From Histomonas meleagridis 2922-C6/04-290x (Eukaryota; Protista; Parabasalia), in contig JAANOX010000083.1 of NCBI GenBank assembly GCA_020184695.1, positions 310,001 to 374,000 on the forward strand: DNA of 64,000 nucleotides, given 5' to 3'. Shown piece by piece: positions 1 to 7,984 of the stretch. The translations under genes and the position numbers were made by a program. Under the pieces are notes generated by a model that was given only the letters and a program-made list of their open reading frames with translations, ran no database searches and was not told where the DNA came from. How positions within the stretch are numbered: position 1 is the first letter of the stretch; each line of letters begins with the position of its first letter.

Positions 1-905
1 GATATTTCATATTCATCATCAGTATTATATTTGGATTGAGTTAAATAAAATGAAAATTGATGTATCGAAATCAAAAGAGCTTCATTAGAAAATATATCGG
101 GATAAATTTCCATTATCGATTCTATTATATTAAAACATTCGTCTAAAATGTAAAAACTTTGCTTGAAATTATCAATTACCACAATAATTCGTTGTAATAA
201 TTCAAATGGATTTATAATTAAACAATTCGTATTAATTGAATCAGAATAAATTTTTAATAAATTCTTTATAAGCGTTTGATTGTTTAATGTTAAAAGAAGA
301 TTAAGAGAATGAACAAAAATATCACCAATATGAAATGGATTTGATGGATCTTCACAGTATAAAGATGAAAGATGAAATACAAATTGAATTGTAGTGATTT
401 GAGAATCTTCAGATCCTTGAATGCCAATTTGTATAAGTTGCATAAACATATTAGAGATATTACCATCAATTGAAATTAATTCACACAGTGAATCAAAAAT
501 TTGAATTGCTGATGGAACTAAAGAAACAATTTGATTATTGAGAACATGTGTAGAAAATTGAATTATTTCAGCAAAGGTAGCTTCACAGTAGTACTCTGTC
601 AAAATGAGAGCCATTGTTTTTAATAACATAAGGCTATGAAGTGAAGATAAAGATTTAAATAGTGAATCAATAATTTCAGCTTTGTTTTCTAATGCATTCC
701 AATTATGGTTAAGCCAGCTCTTAATTCCAAGAAGGCAATGCTCAAGTATATTTTCTTCAACATTTGAGTTTAAAATTAATAATAGGCTTGGAAATGAATT
801 TACATTTCTATAAACGCTTTCTAAAAATTCGGTTAACTCTGGTGTTACACCTTGTCCATTTTGGTTTGATAAATTTTGGTAACACTGTAAGATCTGATTT
901 TCCAT
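1..905 (-). CDS. Importin-beta/HEAT-repeat-like protein, N-terminal part (runs off window start)
   Basis: Not in the ORF track. ATG at 905-903 reads MENQILQCYQNLSNQNGQGVTPELTEFLESVYRNVNSFPSLLLILNSNVEENILEHCLLGIKSWLNHNWNAL..., and the frame was open wherever checked, including the first codons of the window. The helical pattern and 'L..IKSWL..NW' resemble an importin-beta N-terminal (IBN_N) domain. Family call is by eye. Confidence 0.6.
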   Translation of the reverse strand, partial: MENQILQCYQNLSNQNGQGVTPELTEFLESVYRNVNSFPSLLLILNSNVEENILEHCLLGIKSWLNHNWNALENKAEIIDSLFKSLSSLHSLMLLKTMALILTEYYCEATFAEIIQFSTHVLNNQIVSLVPSAIQIFDSLCELISIDGNISNMFMQLIQIGIQGSEDSQITTIQFVFHLSSLYCEDPSNPFHIGDIFVHSLNLLLTLNNQTLIKNLLKIYSDSINTNCLIINPFELLQRIIVVIDNFKQSFYILDECFNIIESIMEIYPDIFSNEALLISIHQFSFYLTQSKYNTDDEYEI

Positions 906-1011
906 TCTGGCTATTGAAACGTTTAAACTAAAACGTTAAAACTATTCAAATATTTTTGTATAGAAGAACGTTTATTCATACATCCATATAATAAAAAAGA
1001 CAAAACTAAAT

Positions 1012-1803
1012 TTACCGTATATGAGCCAGAAGCATATAACAAGTTACTATGAAGAATTCGATAACCATTGCAAAAAAGATTACAATTCCTGCAATACATA
1101 ATTTTTTTCCGATAGAGTTTGAGTTAACGAAGAAAGAAACAGCAAAATATGCTTGAGGAATATCTATATAATTCGATACAATAAAAGATGTGTTATGAAA
1201 ATTCACAAAATTATTGATTGCCGATAAATGAATATTTGCACCAATTTCTGTGACTGTAAAACCGCCTTCAATTTTTAATGGATATTCTCTTCTTCGACAA
1301 TATTGTCCGATTCCAGAAAAATTTGTAATCAAAGAAGAAGAAGGACACCATACTTTATAAAAATTTTCTGAAATATGTACTCCTGATAAATCAAGAGCTT
1401 GCTGAGCAAAACTAACAAAAGAAACTGAGGTAAGATTATCTTTATCAGTATTAAAGTCATTTGAATAATAGTATTGAATAACACCATTTCCACTAATTGA
1501 CAAACTGATGTTATACCCAAACATATTATGTATGATGTGAAATGAATATGAAGAATCTGTTTGAATACTTGGTAAATCCAAAACAAAATTATTTGGATAT
1601 TTAAGTGACTGATTGGTTTGATTTGTGGTTATATATACATCCATATTTTCTTGTGATAAAGTTAAAGGAATTGCAAGCAAAGAACAAATACTTTCGTCAA
1701 ATTTATTCTCTCTTGCCCACCAAACGCCACCTAATATTATTAAAACCAAGGAGCAGATTGCCATTATAATTGATTGAATCCAAGGATAGCAGCATGGTTC
1801 CAT
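1012..1803 (-). CDS. Hypothetical membrane protein with N- and C-terminal TM helices flanking a luminal domain
   Basis: The ORF-track start (1956) is TTG; first ATG is at 1803 (MEPCCYPW). Hydrophobic segments IIMAICSLVLIILGGVWW and LCIAGIVIFFAMVIEFFIVTCYMLL; many N-x-S/T sequons between them. Confidence 0.7.
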   Translation of the reverse strand: MEPCCYPWIQSIIMAICSLVLIILGGVWWARENKFDESICSLLAIPLTLSQENMDVYITTNQTNQSLKYPNNFVLDLPSIQTDSSYSFHIIHNMFGYNISLSISGNGVIQYYYSNDFNTDKDNLTSVSFVSFAQQALDLSGVHISENFYKVWCPSSSLITNFSGIGQYCRRREYPLKIEGGFTVTEIGANIHLSAINNFVNFHNTSFIVSNYIDIPQAYFAVSFFVNSNSIGKKLCIAGIVIFFAMVIEFFIVTCYMLLAHIR

Positions 1804-2431
1804 CTTGTTGGAAGCAGCTATAATAACGGTTTTTGTCAATTTTCTGTACCTGTACGACTTTTTTTTTAAATTTTTCAATACCTCTATCTGGTAAAGAAGC
1901 TTGGAATGTTCAACATTGACTAATGAATCTTTATTCGATTTTCTGGGGCAAACCAATCCTTTTTCTTCCTACGCCTAGTGCAGAATCAACCTTTGGTAGA
2001 TAAATTTGCTAACAATTATTGATATCCAATATGATTTTTAACTTATCTGAGAACAAATAATAGAAATTTTTAAAAATTCTTTTTTATTGTTATCTTCTTC
2101 AACGGGTTCATAAACAAAACTGTAAAAAATTCGTTGCAATAAAATTGCAAACTATGAAATTTCATTTAGCTATATGTTATTATTTCATATTTGAGTGTCT
2201 TAACGAAAATAAACAAAAGTCTTCTAACTCTTTTGATGCAAATAACTCTATAGGAACATATCAGATTAACTTTTCCTGATTATTAGAATACATTTTGACT
2301 TAGTAAAACATTTAAGTTCTCTCATTATTTTCCAAAATGCTTTTAACACAAGCTATATAAAGAAAAAATCTGAAAACAAATTTCGATAACAAAAAAATTC
2401 TTGCAAGAAATAAAAATAAACAGTAAAGCAT

Positions 2432-2731
2432 TTAGTGTTTTCTGGGTCTGTTTCTTTTGTGAGCTAAATGACTTGAAGAAGTTTGCTTAACATCTTCAAT
2501 GTTTGCTTTGAGAGCATCTTCATCATCTTTCCAGTTTGGTGGGTTTACATTTAGCCATGGCCAATCTGGTCCAAATAATATCATTACAAAGACTGTAACA
2601 CCTGCTTCAAAGTATAATGCATGACGAAAATTATCCTGGTAAATTGCATATATAATAGAAATTGGAATAGATAAAGCAAATATTATGATAGAAAAAATCA
2701 AAACGCGTTTCTGACCTTGGTAATCAGCCAT
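2432..2731 (-). CDS. SPCS1: Signal peptidase complex subunit 1 (SPC12/SPCS1 family)
   Basis: 99 aa: N-terminal DYQGQK, two TM helices, then P-D-W-P-W-L-N-x-N-P-P-N-W, matching the SPC12 family pattern D(F/Y)xGQK...PPWP.....P..W. Confidence 0.8.
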   Translation of the reverse strand: MADYQGQKRVLIFSIIIFALSIPISIIYAIYQDNFRHALYFEAGVTVFVMILFGPDWPWLNVNPPNWKDDEDALKANIEDVKQTSSSHLAHKRNRPRKH

Positions 2732-2816
2732 TTTATGATTTGACCAAACACTGTTTTAACAGCTGCTTTATTTCAAAAGTGTTGCTAATGGCGTACGTTT
2801 ATTTTTTCATCGAGAG

Positions 2817-3194
2817 ATGTCTCGAAAGCAAACAAAGATAATCGAAGAATATTCAAGTGAAGATGATCAGTATGATGATAGTTATAGCCCAGATGAAAAA
2901 GATAAAATTATTGCACAACAAAAAGAAATTATTTCTGAAATGCAAAAAGAATTCGCAGCAACATTGGATGCACTGAGAAAACAATTAAGAGAATATGTTG
3001 ATGAATCCACACAAGTTCAAGAAGATATGCTAGAAAGAATCAAGGAGCTCAAAGCAGAAGTTGCAAAATTAAAAAAGAAAACAACAAATCCTGGAAGACA
3101 AACTACAGTTAAAAGTTCCATATATCAAACTACACAGAAGTATCCTCGAAAACTTGCACAATCACCAAAAGATGTTCGTAAATCAGTTTATTAA
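2817..3194 (+). CDS. Hypothetical small coiled-coil protein
   Basis: 125 aa with acidic N-terminus, heptad-rich middle and basic tail; coding-like composition; divergent from SPC12 across 85 bp. Confidence 0.7.
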   Translation: MSRKQTKIIEEYSSEDDQYDDSYSPDEKDKIIAQQKEIISEMQKEFAATLDALRKQLREYVDESTQVQEDMLERIKELKAEVAKLKKKTTNPGRQTTVKSSIYQTTQKYPRKLAQSPKDVRKSVY

Positions 3195-3341
3195 AAATCA
3201 ATTTATATATATATTTACTGATATTCCACTGCGATTCCATCAATGCCAAAATCGCTTATCCCAAATTTAGAGATAAATAATTCATCCAAAAAAATCAAAA
3301 AATGAATGCCGCATTTTTAAAAAATACATACAATATATTTC

Positions 3342-4295
3342 TTAATGGCCGAGGAAATCCAAGAACTTAAATTTATCATCTGTTCTTGTGTTTGAAGGTT
3401 GACGCATCGGTTGTTGGGGTGCTCCGTAATACTGTTGGGGTGCCCCGTAAGGGTTACTTTGTTGACCCGCCCTAAATTGGTTTCCCATTGGCTGTTGTGG
3501 GATTTGTTGATACTGCATATTTTGTTGCGGTGGATATCCGTATGGATAATTAGGCATTGGCTGCTGTGGTTGTGATAATGTGGCGTCAATGTCTTCATCA
3601 TCAAGCTTAAAGTCAATACTAACATTTTCTCCATTAAAATTCATCAAATGTTTCCCATTTATTGCTTTTTGTGCATCTCTTATATCACAGAATTTAATAT
3701 AAAAAAGAGTTGGTTCAAGAACAGCAGTTGCATATATTTCGCCAAATTTTGACATTTCCATTTGTACCTGTTTTAACGTGAGTTTGCTTCCAATGGCAGT
3801 TCGGACTAAAAGAGCAGAACATGTAAATCGTGGATTAGTTTGAGGATTAGAGGATTTTTTTCCAAAATTGGTTTTAACTGGCCGCCCCATTAACAATTGA
3901 TTATCTGCTTGTTCGACTGCTTTTTGTGCACTTTTAATGTTAAAATATGTTACAAAAGCAATCCCCTTTTTTTGTATGAGAGAATAAATATTAGCAATTT
4001 CTCCATACTTTTCAGCAAATTCTTTGAACGTTTCATATGGAACGTTATATTGGATATTAGAGAAAAATGCAGTGTGGATGGGAATTCTTTGGTAATTAGA
4101 TGACTGACTAGGTTGGTTAGCTTGATTTGAAGGAGACGTTTGTGGACGAGGAATTTGTGAATATTGATTTTGATATTGATTTTGGTATTGATAAGGTTGA
4201 GGTGGATACGGAACATTATATTGTGGAGGTGGATATGGATATCCGCCTGGTGGTGGGCGCGCTAAGTTTGGCGCGTTGGGTTTGGGATATTGCAT
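3342..4295 (-). CDS. RNA-binding protein with two RRM domains and P/Q/Y-rich low-complexity termini
   Basis: RNP2/RNP1-like AFFSNI ... KGIAFVTY and a second RRM (FYIKFCDIRDAQKAI). Probable start ATG 4295 (MQYPKPN), with TCACT initiator-like motif at 4323-4319. Confidence 0.85.
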   Translation of the reverse strand: MQYPKPNAPNLARPPPGGYPYPPPQYNVPYPPQPYQYQNQYQNQYSQIPRPQTSPSNQANQPSQSSNYQRIPIHTAFFSNIQYNVPYETFKEFAEKYGEIANIYSLIQKKGIAFVTYFNIKSAQKAVEQADNQLLMGRPVKTNFGKKSSNPQTNPRFTCSALLVRTAIGSKLTLKQVQMEMSKFGEIYATAVLEPTLFYIKFCDIRDAQKAINGKHLMNFNGENVSIDFKLDDEDIDATLSQPQQPMPNYPYGYPPQQNMQYQQIPQQPMGNQFRAGQQSNPYGAPQQYYGAPQQPMRQPSNTRTDDKFKFLDFLGH

Positions 4296-4696
4296 TGTGA
4301 GTTTGGTCGGAGAGAAAAAGTGACAATAAAAGATCTCTAGAGACCCCATCATAATGAGTGTGTTTACTTGTAAAAGGAATAAAAAAATCAATAATTATTT
4401 GGAAAAATCTGTAAAATACATCAAATCCATATTCAGATTTGAAATAAGAAATCTTTTAGGAAAAACTAAGTGAATGAAATGGATATGTTCCCCTTAAATG
4501 TTGTATCGGGAAATTGTTACATTTTCTTAATATGGAATTAAGTCTTACTAAATTTAATTCCTTATCCACATAATTTTTTTTAAAAAAAAATTATTTTATG
4601 TTTATGAAAGACATAAAAGCAAAAGACATGACTAACACACTTTTTAATAATACCTTGAAAACAATTACGAACGTTAATTTCGTGGGCTTACTTTGA

Positions 4697-4704
4697 AACC
4701 GTTT
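4697..4704 (+). promoter_or_regulatory. M3-like core promoter motif (AACCGTTT)
   Basis: Matches the RRCSGTTD consensus of the T. vaginalis M3 element; ends 12 nt before ATG 4717. Confidence 0.45.
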
Positions 4705-4716
4705 ATTTTTCTTAGG

Positions 4717-5685
4717 ATGGAAGGAAACGAATGGACAGAAGATGAAGATTTTTTCTTATCACAAGGGTATGCGATTTATCACGACGACAAGCAGGAGGTT
4801 TTTGACAAGATTCGAAGAGACTTTCCTTTCAAGCAATCTCGGACATCTGCTGATCTTGCAGATCGATGGCGATATTTAATGGATCAATTAGAAGCAGAAG
4901 ATCAAGATACTATTCAGAGAATAAAGGATGGCAAATTCCGTCCTCAAACATGGACGTATAGTCAAGAGCCTCGAGTTCAAATGCCAGATGTTGATCAAAT
5001 GATAGAGCAATTTCGGCAAATGCCTTCGCTCGCAATGAAAACACAGTTTGCCGAAATACAGACATCAAAATTTTCCGATGACAATCAAAATATAAACGAA
5101 GTATGTCTCAACTATCAATTTGATGTTGATAGCATCAACAAAATTGTAGAGAATGTTCTCAAGAAAACAGTTGATGATGAAACTCTTCGGAAAACTCTCC
5201 AAACAGAATTTCAAAAATCTCTTGCACAAAAAGGTCGCGAATTCTCTGTTGAAGACATTTCTCGAAGACTCAATATCATCAACGAGATGACTGATCCTAA
5301 CCAATCCTTCACAGAATCCAAAAGTATGATCGGACATTTTGATAAGATATTCACCGGAATCCGACAAAAGATTCAATACAATCAACAAGTTGCTGTGACT
5401 CAGGATAGCTTTGCTATTCTCCGCATATTGAGCACTATACAATGGCCATTGAGCAAAACTCCAAATGTTGATAACATCCAAAAGGAATTCAATCGTATGT
5501 ACTTCGGTTGCTTTGCAGAAATGTTCAATCGCATAAGAGACCCTAACAGCTTTCAAATGTACAAACTATACATCGATTTTGCAATTTCAATTGATGTGAA
5601 TAATGACTTGGAGCCACTAATAAATCCAAACTTAAGGCCTTTATTTGCTAAGCAAAGGGCTGCTCAGGTGCACCAGATATTGTGA
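4717..5685 (+). CDS. Myb/SANT-like domain protein
   Basis: N-terminus WTEDEDFFLSQGY...RTSADLADRWRYL fits a Myb-like repeat (WT.EED..L ... RT...L..RW..L). ORF-track start 4693 is TTG; first ATG is 4717. Confidence 0.7.
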   Translation: MEGNEWTEDEDFFLSQGYAIYHDDKQEVFDKIRRDFPFKQSRTSADLADRWRYLMDQLEAEDQDTIQRIKDGKFRPQTWTYSQEPRVQMPDVDQMIEQFRQMPSLAMKTQFAEIQTSKFSDDNQNINEVCLNYQFDVDSINKIVENVLKKTVDDETLRKTLQTEFQKSLAQKGREFSVEDISRRLNIINEMTDPNQSFTESKSMIGHFDKIFTGIRQKIQYNQQVAVTQDSFAILRILSTIQWPLSKTPNVDNIQKEFNRMYFGCFAEMFNRIRDPNSFQMYKLYIDFAISIDVNNDLEPLINPNLRPLFAKQRAAQVHQIL

Positions 5686-5783
5686 AAATAAAGAATAAAT
5701 ATTTGAAGTAAAACATTCTCTAAAGAAAGAATTTTAATATATTTATCCAAAAGTGTAAATGATCGTTTTCAATTGAATTGATA

Positions 5784-5788
5784 TCACT
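5784..5788 (+). promoter_or_regulatory. Initiator-like element TCACT
   Basis: TCACT followed by T-run, ending 6 nt before ATG 5795; fits the parabasalid Inr. Confidence 0.5.
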
Positions 5789-5794
5789 TTTTTT

Positions 5795-7400
5795 ATGAAT
5801 AATTTGGAAAGATTGATCAATATACAGCAAAAAATATTTAATATGAATGAACAAAATGTGTCCAACACAGTTTCATTGGTTAGTGATTTATTGGACAGCG
5901 ATTTTCTATATTCGTCAAAACTTATAATTTGCCAATTAATATATTCATCTTTTATTTCACAAAGGAAAAGCTATTTTGTTTATTTCGATTTCATTAAAAT
6001 ATTTGAAGGCAAGCACAATATAATTAATGTTTTCACAGATTTCCTTCTTTGGGATAATTTAGATGAATCCTTTTTTCTACTTGAGAAGATGATTGAAAAC
6101 AAATTAATTGATTCCAAAGTAGTTAAACTTAATAATTCATTGTATTTTAGACATCATAACATAGACTTAAACTTAAATTTTTATAAAGATTCTGATTTTT
6201 ACATTTATTTTTGTCAAAATGAACACAATCTCAAGGAGAATAATTGGGAACTTCATAAGCAATTAGTTAAAGAAGGAGTTAATCCAAACGCAATTGCAAA
6301 AATAATAAGAAATGATGAAATAGGAAAACTTCAAGAAATTTCATCACAAACGAATTTTGATTTTAATCAAAGAATCGCACCATCACTTTATGAAAGATAT
6401 TCATATATTAATTATGGAGATATATCAATAATTAATTTTGCAGCATTTTTTTCTTCAGTTAAATGTTTTAAATTTTTATTAATGAATGGAGCAAAAGTAA
6501 CTAATACAGGAAAATATGCAGTTGCAGGTGGAAATGAAGAAATCATTCATTTATGTGAACAAAATCATTCATCTTTTCAAAATGCATATGAAGCAGCAAT
6601 TAAGTTTCATCAAAATGATATCTTTAAATATTTTTATGAAAGGAAAATAGAAAAAATTAATAATTTAGAAGAGTTAGGAGTACTATGTGTGAAGTGTAGT
6701 AATTTCGAAATACTTTCCTTTTTAATTGATGAGGGAATTAATATTAGTAACAAATATATTATTGATGAATATGCAAAAATAGGAAATATTTTTCTTATAA
6801 AACAATTTCTCGCTGAGCTACAAATGCCATATGATATATTAATATATTCTTCTGAATCACCAAATTTTGAGTTAGTTAAATATATAATCAGTCAAAACGA
6901 AATTGATATCAATGATAAAAATAAAATTTATTTTAATATTTTAATATTTCATGACAACATTTGGAAATTATTTAAAATATTATGGACAGCACTTATAATA
7001 GCATCTTCAAATGGTTATACAGAAATCGTTAAATTACTTCTTGAACAAGAAGGAATTGATATTAATACTAAAAATATTTATTTGTTTTATTTAAAATTTA
7101 TTTTAATAATTTTTTATTTCAAAATAATATTTGGAAATTATTGAAATTATTTTTTACAGCACTTATGTATGCATCTTCAAATGGTTATATAGAAATCGTT
7201 AAATTACTTCTTGAACAAGAAGGAATTGATATTAACGCCAAAGATATTTATTTGTTTTATTTAAAATTTATTTTAATAATTTTATATTTCAAAATAATAT
7301 TTGGAAATTATTTAAATTTTTTAAAACAGCACTTACATTAGCATCTGCAAATGGTCATACAGAAATAGTTAAATTACTAAGTGAAAAAGGGACTAATTAA
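5795..7400 (+). CDS. Ankyrin-repeat protein (parabasalid DUF3447-like type) whose last three repeats are interrupted by eleven 17-nt spacers; 472 aa if spacers are removed
   Basis: Family motifs IIRNDEIGKLQE, AAFFSSVKCFKFLLMNGA, YAVAGGNEEIIHLCEQ and ankyrin helices TALxxASxNGxxEIVKLLL. The raw ORF breaks at 7144 and 7341. Removing 11 x 17 nt from 5795-7400 leaves 1419 nt = 473 codons ending at TAA 7398-7400. Confidence 0.8.
6926..6985 (+). other. Spacer/codon array 1: 3 x (17-nt spacer + 1 codon) giving N, G, W
   Basis: atttattttaatatttt|AAT|atttcatgacaacattt|GGA|aattatttaaaatatta|TGG, between AAT AAA (N K) and ACA GCA CTT (TAL). Confidence 0.85.
7076..7155 (+). other. Spacer/codon array 2: 4 x (17-nt spacer + 1 codon) giving K, F, G, F
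   Basis: atttatttgttttattt|AAA|atttattttaataattt|TTT|atttcaaaataatattt|GGA|aattattgaaattattt|TTT, between AAA AAT (K N) and ACA GCA CTT. Confidence 0.85.
7246..7325 (+). other. Spacer/codon array 3: 4 x (17-nt spacer + 1 codon) giving K, Y, G, K
   Basis: atttatttgttttattt|AAA|atttattttaataattt|TAT|atttcaaaataatattt|GGA|aattatttaaatttttt|AAA, between AAA GAT (K D) and ACA GCA CTT. Confidence 0.85.
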
Positions 7401-7915
7401 AATGTTTGTTATGTGGGCATCTTGCAATGTGCATGCAGAAATTGTTAAATTGATTCAATAGAGTTTCTAGAAAAAAATTTCAAAAACATTTGAACTTTTT
7501 TTGGATAAACAATACTGGATGAATTTTTTCAGACAAATGACAGGTCGCAATGTATGCATGTGTTATGCAATGAATCAAAAAATAATCCACAAACAATGAA
7601 TGCAACAAAAATAAATGATTCAATAATATATTTTTACTTAAAATTTGGTAATAACATTACCTTAAGTTTTTGTTTTATCATATCGGTAAACTCCAAATTT
7701 TTGATTGAAGTTCGAAATTTAATAAAAATTAATAAAATCAAATCTTTTAGTAGAAAGTTTTTGAACGGAGAATCCATCAGTTGAAAAAATTAATTCAATA
7801 TTATTGAATGGTTGTAAACGGTTTTTTGAAAGAAAGTTTCTTGTCATAAAGTGGAGTGAAAGGTTTCGTTTCAATTTTTGACTAATGTGTCATTGATTGT
7901 TTGTTTGGTCAAACA

Positions 7916-7923
7916 AACCGTTA
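7916..7923 (+). promoter_or_regulatory. M3-like motif (AACCGTTA) upstream of GFAT
   Basis: RRCSGTTD match ~60 nt before ATG 7985; a second match (AACGGTTT) at 7817-7824. Confidence 0.4.
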
Positions 7924-7984
7924 TTTTCTATAAAAAACTGGAAACAACTTTTTGTGTGCTATACCTAATCTTCAGTGAAGAAAA

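Noticed and set aside
1804-1956. ORF-track N-terminal extensions (also 4296-4391, 4693-4716, 52497-52643, 59402-59461)
   Set aside because: They begin at non-ATG or upstream codons and overlap promoter-like motifs; paralog or domain boundaries support the downstream ATGs.
7076-7160. Ankyrin inserts as single conventional introns (TTTTACAG looks like a 3' splice site; ATAT... like a U12 5' site)
   Set aside because: No GT donor exists. AT-AC removal gives the wrong frame, and AT-AG removal deletes the conserved D-x-x-G-x-T. Only the 17+3 parse restores the consensus, including the Gly.
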